Shown here: positions 8,646 to 18,280 of the stretch, piece by piece
Layout of the letters: each line of letters opens with the position of its first letter
Position numbering within the stretch: the stretch's first letter is position 1
Assembly: GCA_017642585.1 (NCBI GenBank)
Contig: JAGCOR010000019.1
Location: 9,197 to 73,196, forward strand
Direction of reading: 5' to 3'
Origin: Alphaproteobacteria bacterium
GTDB lineage: Bacteria; Pseudomonadota; Alphaproteobacteria; Rs-D84
Length of the DNA stretch: 64,000 nt
The notes under the pieces: generated by a model
Seen by the model: only the letters and a program-made list of their open reading frames with translations
Told to the model about the DNA's origin: nothing
The model's database searches: none
Made by a program: the position numbers and the translations under genes

Positions 8646-9371
8646 ATGTCAGAAAACAAAGAAAATCCAAAACCGAGAACCGGCGAATTAACCAACATCA
8701 TCAACAGCAAAAATCTGGATGCTTTGCGTGAATACCTGAACAACACACCACGTGATATAGTTATGAAAAAAGACGAAAACGGACGTGATGCGTTATACGA
8801 TGCGGTATTTACTGGTGATGTAAAAATTATTGATGCTTTAATAACATATGGTTTTGATCCCATGAACATAGACAAATTAACCGGGGCCACGGCTTTGCAT
8901 CTGTCTGCTTCAGAAGCACATTTTGATGCAGTGGTATTGTTGTCGGATGTGTTAAGGTTGAATACAAACGCCACAGACAACGATGGCTTTACACCACTGT
9001 ATTATGCATTTATGTTTTTAATAAATGAAGATGGTTCAATCAGTGAACCACATTTAGATGCCGCATGGGCTTTGGTCAGGAACGGTGCAAAATTTCAACC
9101 AAAAATGTTAGGCTTGTTACCGGAAATTGAACAATTACATATTGCCCTTATCAAAGATATTCATGTCATCATGCGCAAAAACCGCCAAACCTGTTTAAAA
9201 TATGTACCAAATATGATCAAATTTTTACAAGATTCGTTAAATACATATTCTGACTTTTGCAAACGAACCGAGGGTAAATCTGACGAAGAAATAGAAAAGA
9301 TTATTCAAACCAATTTCATGTCAGATACCCTAAATAAACCCACAAAAAATTTAGATTTTCTGTGGAAATAA
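8646..9371 (+). CDS. ankyrin-repeat protein, 241 aa
   Basis: Three to four ANK-like units (GRDALYDAV..., GATALHLSA..., DGFTPLYYA...). It starts 9 nt after the MBL stop codon, so probably shares an operon with it. Confidence 0.7.
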   Translation: MSENKENPKPRTGELTNIINSKNLDALREYLNNTPRDIVMKKDENGRDALYDAVFTGDVKIIDALITYGFDPMNIDKLTGATALHLSASEAHFDAVVLLSDVLRLNTNATDNDGFTPLYYAFMFLINEDGSISEPHLDAAWALVRNGAKFQPKMLGLLPEIEQLHIALIKDIHVIMRKNRQTCLKYVPNMIKFLQDSLNTYSDFCKRTEGKSDEEIEKIIQTNFMSDTLNKPTKNLDFLWK

Positions 9372-9377
9372 AATTGG

Positions 9378-10766
9378 TTATGCAATTTTGATTTCTGTAT
9401 CGACTTTGATGTTTTTTGCAAACATTTCATCATGCGAAACCAACAATATCGCCCCCCGATATTGATTCAGTGCATCTTCCAATATCGATATGCTTTTGAT
9501 TTCCAGATTGTTTGTAGGTTCGTCTAAAATCAATAAATCAGGTTGTTCATTTCCACCCAAAACCGCGGCTAATGTTGCCTTTAACAATTCACCTCCGGAC
9601 AACACGCCAGCGGTTTTCATAGCATCTTTACCACGAAATCCAAAATTAGCAGCAATTGCATGGGCATCATGTTTTAACACATTGGCAATATCCATTATAT
9701 TTTCAATTATGGTTTTATTTTTATCCAACACAGACAAATCCTGATTCAAATATGCTATTTTGCCGAATGTTTTGACCGTTCCACCATTTGCCTTTAAATC
9801 TCCACGAATTATTTTCAACAAAGTTGTTTTGCCTGCCCCATTTTTACCCATTAAACGAACCCGCATTCCGCCATACATAGTAAAATCAAAATTATCAAAA
9901 ATTTTGTTATCACCATATGCAAAAGATAAAGATTTAATTTGAATCAATTCTTTGCTGTAAAAACTTTTATTTGGCACGGGTATTTTAATTTTGTCGTCAT
10001 GCATTTTATCCGTCAAAGATTGCTGAATCTGTAATTGTTCTTCCAATTTCTTTTGAATAATCGCACGTTTTTTTGCCTCGGTTTCTTGGCTTTTGCCCTT
10101 CAAAGCATTTGCAGCCAATCTACTGCGTTTGCCGTTTTTCATATCTTTCTTTTGCTTCGCTTCGTGATGTTGACGTGTGTTTTGTGCGATATTCAATGTA
10201 TTATTTAATCGCCCTATTTCCTTTTGGGCATCAATATATTTGGAATACATATTTTCTTGTTCTGCATTTTTCTGGGTGACATAGAAATCATAATTACCGC
10301 CATATATTTTTATATAACCATTTGATATTTCCAAAATCTTGTCCATTTGCTGTAATAATTCCCTGTCGTGCGAAACAATCACAGCCCCAAACGGATACAT
10401 ACTTAAATCGGTGAAAAATTTTTGACGCGCATCAAAATCTAAATTATTAGTCGGTTCGTCCAACAATAGAATTTGTGCATTGCTATCAAAAGCACGCGCC
10501 AATTCATAACTTTGTTGTTCACCACCACTTTTAGAATCAGCCACATTTATTTGTTTTACCATATAAATTGACGCATTACGCACAACATCACCAGAATCAG
10601 GCAATATATCCCCCGCCAACAATTTTAACAGGGTTGTTTTGCCACAACCATTATCGCCTATGATTGCGACTTTGTCTGAATCATTAAAGACAATTGAAAC
10701 ACCGTCAAACAAATTGTTTGTTGAATCATATCCAAAAAATATATCTGATAAAGAAATATAAAACAT
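9378..10766 (-). CDS. ABC-F family ATPase (two tandem ABC domains, no TM)
   Basis: First domain: GDNGCGKTT, SGGEQQ, LLLDEPTNNLD. Second domain: GKNGAGKTT, LSGGELLK, LILDEPTNNLE. Start set at MFYISL (10766). The ORF track extends to 10805. Confidence 0.85.
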   Translation of the reverse strand: MFYISLSDIFFGYDSTNNLFDGVSIVFNDSDKVAIIGDNGCGKTTLLKLLAGDILPDSGDVVRNASIYMVKQINVADSKSGGEQQSYELARAFDSNAQILLLDEPTNNLDFDARQKFFTDLSMYPFGAVIVSHDRELLQQMDKILEISNGYIKIYGGNYDFYVTQKNAEQENMYSKYIDAQKEIGRLNNTLNIAQNTRQHHEAKQKKDMKNGKRSRLAANALKGKSQETEAKKRAIIQKKLEEQLQIQQSLTDKMHDDKIKIPVPNKSFYSKELIQIKSLSFAYGDNKIFDNFDFTMYGGMRVRLMGKNGAGKTTLLKIIRGDLKANGGTVKTFGKIAYLNQDLSVLDKNKTIIENIMDIANVLKHDAHAIAANFGFRGKDAMKTAGVLSGGELLKATLAAVLGGNEQPDLLILDEPTNNLEIKSISILEDALNQYRGAILLVSHDEMFAKNIKVDTEIKIA

Positions 10767-10939
10767 AACAAAACCTTTAATGTTGTAAATTAAACTGACA
10801 AGCATATTTTCATATGCACAATTTTTAAATCAAGATTACAACATTATTTGCTCACTGGTTTTGTCCTTTGTTTTTATTACGCAACTTTATGCTAATATAA
10901 AAAACCCAAAAATCAAGAAAATATGATTATTGCCATTTT

Positions 10940-12721
10940 TTATTTATTATCTTTTGGTAATAATACAGCCTTGATTCTTCTGACACCTGCAGAACTGGAT
11001 TCTTCTTTCAATATTTTGAAAGTTCCCAATTCTCCAGTATTATTAGCATGAGGTCCGCCACAAATTTCATGTGACCATTTACCCATTTTGTAAACTTTAA
11101 CCACTTCGCCATATTTATCACCAAACACACCGATTGCACCGGAAGCGCGCGCTTCTTCAATAGGCATTTCAGTGCATTCAATTGGAACATTTTCAGCGAT
11201 GGCCTGGTTCACTTGTTTTTCCACTTCTGCCAATTCTGCTGGTTCTATACGTCTGTCAAAAGACACATCAAAACGCAAACGTTCAGGTGTAATATTTGAA
11301 CCCTTTTGCATAACTGAATCGCCCAAAATACGACGCAACGCAGCCAACATTAAATGCGCCGCAGTGTGTAAACGTCTGGTTTCAATAGAATCATCAGACA
11401 AACCACCTTTGAATTTTTGTTCTGCACCCGCGCGAGATTTTTCCTGGTGTTCTGCGAACAATTTATGAAATCCTTCTGCGTCTACTTTGACCCCGTATTC
11501 ATTTGCCAATTCTTGTGTGAATTCCAATGGGAAACCAAATGTATCGTACAATCTAAACGTATCAGCCGCAGCCAATTGATTGTCTGTTACATTTTCCAAA
11601 TATTTTTTCGCAATCTTCATCCCAGATTCCAAAGTGCGTGAGAAAATTTCTTCTTCACGATCCAAAGATTTGATAACAAATTCACGATTGCGTTCCAATT
11701 CAGGATATATATCTTTGTAATGTTCAATAACCACCTTGGCAATTTCAACCATAGAATGTGCCGGTGCATTCATTTGTGTCAAATAGCGATATGCACGACG
11801 GATTAAACGACGCAAGATATAACCTTGGTCTACATTAGATGGAACAATACCGCGATTATCACCCATAACAAAAGTTGATGCACGCAAATGATCCGCGATA
11901 ATGCGATATGCCTTGTAATGTTCAGGTTCATATTTTGTTCCGGTCAATTCGCTGATTTTATCAATAATAGGTTTGAATAATTCTGTGTCATAAACACTGG
12001 AAACACCGTTCACAAAACAAAAAGCACGTTCAAATCCCAAACCGGTATCAACATTGTGGCGACCCAAACTGGTATAATTACCATCTTTGTCTTTGTGATA
12101 TTCCATAAACACATTGTTCCAAATTTCAACATATTTACCACAATTACATGCAGGCCCACAATTTGGTCCACAATCTGGTTGATCGTGGATATAGAAAATT
12201 TCAGTATCAGGTCCACAAGGTCCAGTTGTTCCCGCAGGTCCCCACCAATTTTCTTTTTTACCATAAAAGAATATGCGTTCTTTTGGATAACCCAAACTTT
12301 CCCAAATTTGTGCAGATTCTGTATCGCGTGGTGCAGATTCATCGCCAGCAAAACAAGTAACAGCAATTTTTTCCTGGGGGATTTTTAAAACCTGGGTTAA
12401 AAATTCATGTGAAAAACCAATAGATTCTTTTTTGAAATAATCATTCAAAGACCAATTTCCCAACATTTCAAAAAATGTTAAATGGGTGGCATCGCCTACT
12501 TCATCAATATCACCAGTGCGCAGGCATTTTTGACAACTGACCAAACGTTTTCCCAATGGGTGTGATTCCCCCATCAAATAAGGCACCAAAGGATGCATTC
12601 CCGCAGTTGTAAATAAAACCGAAGGGTCGTTTTCTGGTATCAAAGATGCGGAAGCAATTTCATGGTGTCCACGTTTTACAAAGAAATCTATATAAAGCCT
12701 ACGTAATTCATTTGCTGTCAT
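10940..12721 (-). CDS. alaS: alanine--tRNA ligase, short form lacking the C-Ala domain
   Basis: The N-terminus LRRLYIDFFVKRGHHEIASASLIP...LFTTAGM is typical of AlaRS. Editing-domain motifs HTAAHL and CGGPH are present, and the protein ends about 35 aa after the latter. Alternative start at 12739. Confidence 0.9.
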   Translation of the reverse strand: MTANELRRLYIDFFVKRGHHEIASASLIPENDPSVLFTTAGMHPLVPYLMGESHPLGKRLVSCQKCLRTGDIDEVGDATHLTFFEMLGNWSLNDYFKKESIGFSHEFLTQVLKIPQEKIAVTCFAGDESAPRDTESAQIWESLGYPKERIFFYGKKENWWGPAGTTGPCGPDTEIFYIHDQPDCGPNCGPACNCGKYVEIWNNVFMEYHKDKDGNYTSLGRHNVDTGLGFERAFCFVNGVSSVYDTELFKPIIDKISELTGTKYEPEHYKAYRIIADHLRASTFVMGDNRGIVPSNVDQGYILRRLIRRAYRYLTQMNAPAHSMVEIAKVVIEHYKDIYPELERNREFVIKSLDREEEIFSRTLESGMKIAKKYLENVTDNQLAAADTFRLYDTFGFPLEFTQELANEYGVKVDAEGFHKLFAEHQEKSRAGAEQKFKGGLSDDSIETRRLHTAAHLMLAALRRILGDSVMQKGSNITPERLRFDVSFDRRIEPAELAEVEKQVNQAIAENVPIECTEMPIEEARASGAIGVFGDKYGEVVKVYKMGKWSHEICGGPHANNTGELGTFKILKEESSSAGVRRIKAVLLPKDNK

Positions 12722-12840
12722 TTTTTTTGCCTTTAACATTAAAAATTTTGTCGTTTTTTATGTGTGGTATTCTAAACACTCTTTTGATTAAAGTCAATAA
12801 AATACACATATTTATTGCTATATTTGAAACAATAAAAAAA

Positions 12841-12855
12841 TGCCCAAACGGGCAT
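12841..12855 (-). terminator. rho-independent terminator downstream of the 12859-13683 gene
   Basis: TGCCC-aaac-GGGCA hairpin, followed on the minus strand by a run of T. Confidence 0.6.
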
Positions 12856-12858
12856 TTC

Positions 12859-13683
12859 TTATGGCAATTTTTTCAAGGTGTCTAACAGCACCTCACCACC
12901 CTTAGTGCCACCACCACGTTCGGTATGCTCTTTGGGGTTAAAAGACATACCCCAGCATGCACGCCCATGATAAAAAACAACTCGGTCCGGAAATTCTGTT
13001 TCCAAATCATCAAAGGTTATTATTTTGCCGTTATAATTAAATCTCTCTGATTTGAAATATTCACGACCTCGCCCGACCAAAAATGTTTTTTCGCCACGCA
13101 TTACCCCAGGAACAACAACATTAACAACAAAGTCTTTCATTGCCTTTATCACAGATAGCTTTGAGCCAATTTTCGTACTGACATTCCACTTACTTGAACG
13201 ATATGCACATAATTCCAAATCACAAACATTATTAGCGATTTTTCTAATTGCTATATCTTCACTGTTATAATATTCAGACAATGCCTTTATCAGTTTACCA
13301 AATTTTTTGTATCTCCAATAATCATACCCACCTGTACCAATCAGTACAGGATTCAAATAATAGAAAGGATAATCTGTTTCGCCCTGAACAACACAATTTT
13401 TTGCTAAATCTTGCAGGGTTGTATTTTGCCAGTTTGTATATTCATCATCCCCGGCCTTAGGATTCAATGTCATAATATAAATCGGTGCATCCAGATCCCC
13501 AACAAATGGTTCAGACGGTAAATCAATAGTGAATAAAGTTGAACCACTGTTCCAATTGCGTTGTGTAACCAGCAATTGTTGTGATCTTAACATTTCGTAA
13601 TCTTGTTTTGCGATACTTGTTTTTCCAACAATATCGTCACTATAAACATCAAAATTTTTCCAAAAATCAGTTAATCTTGACAT
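12859..13683 (-). CDS. hypothetical protein, 274 aa
   Basis: Intact ORF. Start set at MSRLTDFW, where GGAG lies 7 nt upstream. No confident family assignment. Confidence 0.6.
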   Translation of the reverse strand: MSRLTDFWKNFDVYSDDIVGKTSIAKQDYEMLRSQQLLVTQRNWNSGSTLFTIDLPSEPFVGDLDAPIYIMTLNPKAGDDEYTNWQNTTLQDLAKNCVVQGETDYPFYYLNPVLIGTGGYDYWRYKKFGKLIKALSEYYNSEDIAIRKIANNVCDLELCAYRSSKWNVSTKIGSKLSVIKAMKDFVVNVVVPGVMRGEKTFLVGRGREYFKSERFNYNGKIITFDDLETEFPDRVVFYHGRACWGMSFNPKEHTERGGGTKGGEVLLDTLKKLP

Positions 13684-13826
13684 GTTTAATCTCCTTGGCA
13701 GCGAACGCATTATAACACATTAAAAAAAATAAGTAAAAAAAACGGGGATTTTTTTTGTTTACATATTTTTTTTAGTATAATAGCATAATTGTATCGGTTA
13801 TATTGCATACAAAGAAAGGATATATC

Positions 13827-14162
13827 ATGAAAAAAATATTTGTAATTTTGGGTTTGTTTTTATGCGCTTGCGATAACAGCGACAAAAACAAAAGCGATTT
13901 TGAGAAAATGATTGATAATATGGCAAAAAATGACTATCAAGAATGTGTAAAATATGCATCACAGGAATTCAAAAACATTGATGTAACCGAACATAAAAAA
14001 ACATGTAAATGTGTTATCGATTATATATATTCAGATGAATCTCCTGATGCTGGAAACGGCGATATTCCGGACAGATTTGCAATCGATTTTCGTGCATTCT
14101 TGAAAGACAAATGTGGCAATAATATTCCAGAATATACTCTGCGTGACATCCCAGAAAAATAA
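13827..14162 (+). CDS. small lipoprotein
   Basis: MKKIFVILGLFLCAC|DN reads as a signal peptide plus a lipobox cysteine. AAAGGA RBS. Confidence 0.7.
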   Translation: MKKIFVILGLFLCACDNSDKNKSDFEKMIDNMAKNDYQECVKYASQEFKNIDVTEHKKTCKCVIDYIYSDESPDAGNGDIPDRFAIDFRAFLKDKCGNNIPEYTLRDIPEK

Positions 14163-14262
14163 AAACTGCCCCGGTGGGACATTTTTTATTGTGGCGGAGT
14201 TCTAATAAATGACGGTATTAGATATGATAATTACAGGGAATATCAGGGATTTTGTTGACGTT
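14163..14262. repeat. junction module D: terminator hairpin + TGGCGGAGTT (14192-14201) + ACAGGGAA/TCAGGGAT repeats
   Basis: 68 of 75 positions (14167-14241) are identical, ungapped, to 24627-24701. This includes a 35-nt perfect block. Confidence 0.85.
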
Positions 14263-14273
14263 ATTTTTCATAA

Positions 14274-14900
14274 TTATTTCTCTAATTTATCGACTTTAAA
14301 CCAGTTACTTTGTAAAAAATTCACAAAATTAGGAAAAGTTAAAACCTCGTCATGATATGAAGTTGAAATTAAAGCTACATCAATACCTAATTTTTTTGCT
14401 GGTTCAATATCAAGAATATAATTATCTCCTACAACGCATATATCCGGATTATATAAATTATATTTTTCTATAATATCTTTATAACAATCTCCCTTGTTTG
14501 TACAATTTGTTTCAGAAACAGCAAAAATATCAGTGACATTTGAAATTAAATTCAATGAAGATAAGACACGTATTATATGTTCTTTTGGAGAGAAAGAAAC
14601 AACAAAAAGATTTATGTTTTTACTTGTTAACAAATTATTAAGTGCAAGATCAGGGTGCAATGCACTATAATCAAGTTTGTTATGAACATTATTATAATAT
14701 GTTTGTTTATCTATACCAAAATAGTTTAACGCATCTAAAATATTAGGGTGTGCTAATTCAAATTGAGATAATTGACGAGAATCCATTCCTGTGGCATTAG
14801 ACAAAAACGCACTTGCCAAATTATCAATTTGGTTTGTTAACCCGATGTTTTTAGAATATAACGTTCCGTCTAAATCAGAAATAATGGTTGTTTTTTTCAT
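14274..14900 (-). CDS. HAD-superfamily hydrolase/phosphatase
   Basis: Motif I is ISDLDGTLY. VVSFSP and VVGDNYILD fit the later HAD motifs. Confidence 0.75.
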   Translation of the reverse strand: MKKTTIISDLDGTLYSKNIGLTNQIDNLASAFLSNATGMDSRQLSQFELAHPNILDALNYFGIDKQTYYNNVHNKLDYSALHPDLALNNLLTSKNINLFVVSFSPKEHIIRVLSSLNLISNVTDIFAVSETNCTNKGDCYKDIIEKYNLYNPDICVVGDNYILDIEPAKKLGIDVALISTSYHDEVLTFPNFVNFLQSNWFKVDKLEK

Positions 14901-14947
14901 GTTATTTATGATAATCTTATGACGAACAAAAATAAAGTTAAAAATTT

Positions 14948-16228
14948 ATGCGATTACCAAAAATAAATGAAATTATAGCTCCTGACATCAAAACAGCTAT
15001 TGATGTTGCTTTCGATAATTATGATAAATTTGCATTTTTTCATAATATAGAGCTTAAAGATGTAAAAAAAAGATTCAGAATTTTTAATTACAAAGGAAAA
15101 GTTTATGTTGTAAAACAAGCAAATAAAGCAAAAGCAAGAAAAGAAATATCAAATGGTCGTTGTATAGCTAAAAAAATAAATGGTTTAGTTGTATCTGATA
15201 TAATGTTGCATGTTGTAGAATCTGAACTAATTGAAACAAAAAATGGCTGTTTTTTGATTTCTGAATATAAAGGCAATACTCTGCATGAATATATTTACAA
15301 CAATAAAAAAATACCGTTATCTAAAGAGAGTTTTATAAAAATTTTTGAACAAATTTTACAGAAAGGCATAATTCTCCCAGGATTTTTACCAAGAAATCTT
15401 ATTTTGAATAAAGATGGATTGTTTCTATTAGATTTAGAAAACGTTTTTTATACCAAAGCAGTAAAATTTTTATCAGAATATATCTCTTTTGCAGAATTTA
15501 TAAATAATTGGTCGTGTTTATATGCCAGAGAAGATTTGTTGAATTTTGTTTCTAAATATCAGAAAAACATTAAGAAAAATAATCAAATCGGATCTTTTGA
15601 AAAAGAATACGCATTGCTAACTGGATGCGACGAAAATAAAAGCGGATTAAAAAATGAGATAGAAAATATAATTATGGTAGCAGAATCCGGTAACAGAATT
15701 TCTACTAATGAACATATGATAGCTAGTGATTTAGGGCATCTTGTTTCTGATACATTCCCGCGGTGCATAGATGTTATTCATGATTTATTACTGTATAAAA
15801 TACAGAAAGAAAAAAGCGAATTGCACAAATATTTAATTTTGATGACAACTTATTATAAATTCTATATGGAAGCTTTAGGTAAAGAATTTGTTTCTCAAAA
15901 AGGGTATTTATTGTTGCCTATGTTTTTAGTCATAGACAAAAAAATGGGGGTAATAAATGAAAAAGACCTTAATACAGTGAAAAATGCGTTAGAGCTCACT
16001 ATGAAAATAGCAAAAAAATTGCCTAAAAACAGTTTGTCTTATAGCTATTTGTTTAAAAATAAAAGTTTGCGCGAACAACTCTCCGATGCAATATATAAAA
16101 ATATCATAAATTTGTTGCCTATTTCTAAAATCAGAAAAAGTCGGGCAAACCTAACACAAGTGGTTGATTGTGTTCAAGAGATTTCTGAAAAGTTAACTTT
16201 TTTTGACCAAGTCTTTTATTTTCAATAG
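14948..16228 (+). CDS. protein-kinase-like fold protein with an atypical catalytic loop, plus a helical C-terminal domain
   Basis: VYVVKQ resembles the VAIK lysine. LPRNLILNKDGLFLLDLENVF aligns to a kinase catalytic loop plus a DFG-like DLE, but the usual Asp is replaced by Arg. Confidence 0.45.
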   Translation: MRLPKINEIIAPDIKTAIDVAFDNYDKFAFFHNIELKDVKKRFRIFNYKGKVYVVKQANKAKARKEISNGRCIAKKINGLVVSDIMLHVVESELIETKNGCFLISEYKGNTLHEYIYNNKKIPLSKESFIKIFEQILQKGIILPGFLPRNLILNKDGLFLLDLENVFYTKAVKFLSEYISFAEFINNWSCLYAREDLLNFVSKYQKNIKKNNQIGSFEKEYALLTGCDENKSGLKNEIENIIMVAESGNRISTNEHMIASDLGHLVSDTFPRCIDVIHDLLLYKIQKEKSELHKYLILMTTYYKFYMEALGKEFVSQKGYLLLPMFLVIDKKMGVINEKDLNTVKNALELTMKIAKKLPKNSLSYSYLFKNKSLREQLSDAIYKNIINLLPISKIRKSRANLTQVVDCVQEISEKLTFFDQVFYFQ

Positions 16229-18139
16229 CAATGATTGTTCATCAAATTGAAAATATTTTTTCAATTCATCAAAAGTTCCACTACAACCGTGTAAAAAACC
16301 GTGAGAAACTATCATGCAAGGTTTGTTATCATTTGGATATTTAAAAAAAGTGGATGATATGCATGCTGGTAAAAAATCGGGGTGACCGTTGTAAATACAT
16401 AAACATGGTTTATCTTTTGTAAATTGTTTTACAAAATCTTGATCAAGCATATTCGGTGCTGTAATATTTATAATTTTTGCTTCGATTTTATGTTCTCTTA
16501 GTATTGGTAATACATTGTACGCGAAAGTTGAGGTTATACCACTTGTCACTAATATAATATCTGGCTCTATAACTTTTTTGTGCCCGATTTCATACCACGG
16601 ATTTATTTTATTAGGAACAAAACCAATTTTTGGTAAATGGTCAGAATTTACACTGTGACACCTTATATAAAACAAAGAATCATTATTCACAAAAGCATAA
16701 TTCATACATGAAAAAAAATCTTCCGCATCAGATGGTTCTAAAAACGTTGAGTTATTTAACCAATTAAAAGAAAATGATTGAGAAACAGATTGGTGGGTAG
16801 AACCATTCCTGGAATTTGCTATTCCACTTTTATCTGCGGTTATAATCATATGACTTTTCCCTTGAGAAGCAGCATGTACTTGATCTAATGCTCTAAAAGA
16901 AAAGGCCTCTGTTGCGTTTATGTGTATACGTGCTTCAGGATCTGTTACAGAAATGCCGTGTGCCATAGCATACATATGCTGTTCACGCAAACCCACATCA
17001 TAATAATTCTTAATATCCTGCAAATTACATTCTATGATTGAATCTTTTTGCATCAAATCGGCTGTCAAGAAATAGAAATTATTAACATGGTTGTCTTTAA
17101 TATATTTTGATAAAAGTCTATAATAATATGTGGTAGCTTCGTGTTGCCCGACATTTTTATAGGAATCTAACGAAAGGTTTACATATTTTGGAGATCTGAC
17201 CACAGTTTTTGCAACATAGCATTTGTGAGTGTTTTTTTTGATAATTTTTAATAAAGAATCTCTGGTCACATTGCTGGATTGTAAAATAGTTTCTTTGTCA
17301 TAAATCATTTTGCGGACAATATCATGAGGGCAATTACTTATGGTGTGGTAACCACAAAAATTTTCTTTTTCCCCATGTAATCCATTGCCTTTTATAGTAT
17401 GTGCGATGATAAGTGTCGGTTTTTTCTTATAGGTGCACGCAACTTGATATGCTTTTTTTATTTCATTGATATCATGCCCATTTATTTCAATAACATTCCA
17501 ACCATATCCGCGCCAAATCATAGCAATATCAGAATGCGAGTTAAAATCGGAAACAGGTCTAGATAATTGTTTGCCATTCTTATCAAGTATACAAATTAGA
17601 TTGCTTAAATTTTGATTAGCTGCATATCTGGCAGCTTCACTAACATTGCCTTCTTGTTCTTCACCATCACCCAAGAAAACCCACGTTTTGAAGGTGTGTT
17701 TCCGTTGTTTTGATACAATCGCACTGCCTATGCCATAAGATAAAACCATTCCTAAAGACCCAGAAGGTGTAATGTCAATTCCTGGAATTTCAAACATGCA
17801 TTCGTGTCCTTGAAGTCTAGAATTTATAAAACGATATGTTAATAATTCTTCAGGTTTTACCCAATTAAGTAACGAAAATAAAGAATAGCGCAAAGGCCCA
17901 AGGTGACCTCGTAATAACACACGATCTCTATCAGGATGTCTTGGATTTTTTAAGGAAAATTTTAAAAAACCACCAAAATATAGGGTGGTCATAAGTTGTA
18001 ATGAAGATAAAGAGGCACCAAGATGACCTGATTTTGAATTTAGACAAACTTTTGCAATGTTAAGAGCTAAATATTCGCAAATATGATTTATATCAGAATT
18101 ATTTTTATTCACGACATTTATAAAATTTAAAGTATTCAT
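16193..18139 (-). CDS. transketolase-family thiamine-diphosphate enzyme (fused N and C parts)
   Basis: SGHLGASLSS and RDRVLLRGHLGP match the TK N-terminal motifs. GDGEEQEGNVSEAARYA...ILDKNG is the ThDP-binding motif. Start set at MNTLNF (GGGAG RBS). Confidence 0.8.
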   Translation of the reverse strand: MNTLNFINVVNKNNSDINHICEYLALNIAKVCLNSKSGHLGASLSSLQLMTTLYFGGFLKFSLKNPRHPDRDRVLLRGHLGPLRYSLFSLLNWVKPEELLTYRFINSRLQGHECMFEIPGIDITPSGSLGMVLSYGIGSAIVSKQRKHTFKTWVFLGDGEEQEGNVSEAARYAANQNLSNLICILDKNGKQLSRPVSDFNSHSDIAMIWRGYGWNVIEINGHDINEIKKAYQVACTYKKKPTLIIAHTIKGNGLHGEKENFCGYHTISNCPHDIVRKMIYDKETILQSSNVTRDSLLKIIKKNTHKCYVAKTVVRSPKYVNLSLDSYKNVGQHEATTYYYRLLSKYIKDNHVNNFYFLTADLMQKDSIIECNLQDIKNYYDVGLREQHMYAMAHGISVTDPEARIHINATEAFSFRALDQVHAASQGKSHMIITADKSGIANSRNGSTHQSVSQSFSFNWLNNSTFLEPSDAEDFFSCMNYAFVNNDSLFYIRCHSVNSDHLPKIGFVPNKINPWYEIGHKKVIEPDIILVTSGITSTFAYNVLPILREHKIEAKIINITAPNMLDQDFVKQFTKDKPCLCIYNGHPDFLPACISSTFFKYPNDNKPCMIVSHGFLHGCSGTFDELKKYFQFDEQSLLLKIKDLVKKS

Positions 18140-18280
18140 AAAATGCTCCCTTATTACAACCAAAGCGATGATACACGATATGAATATTATTTGCAAGTAG
18201 CAGTTGATTTTTAGGTTTTTTGCCGCTACCATAACTTCGTGTTGAACCAACTATTTCGCATAAATATGAGGTAGTAAATC

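Noticed and set aside
10853-10866. A half-match to the palindromic motif (minus strand GGACAAAACCAGTG) upstream of the ABC-F gene. Similar partial look-alikes occur at 12750-12761 and 50593-50606.
   Set aside because: Only one arm is present, and there is no GTCC partner at the correct spacing. The orientation and the distance to a -10 box also differ.
12859-13683. A possible uracil-DNA-glycosylase-superfamily assignment, based on APIYIMTLNPKAGDDE resembling the UDG motif A (G-x-N-P-G type).
   Set aside because: This is a single weak motif. I could not identify a convincing motif B, so the gene is left as hypothetical.
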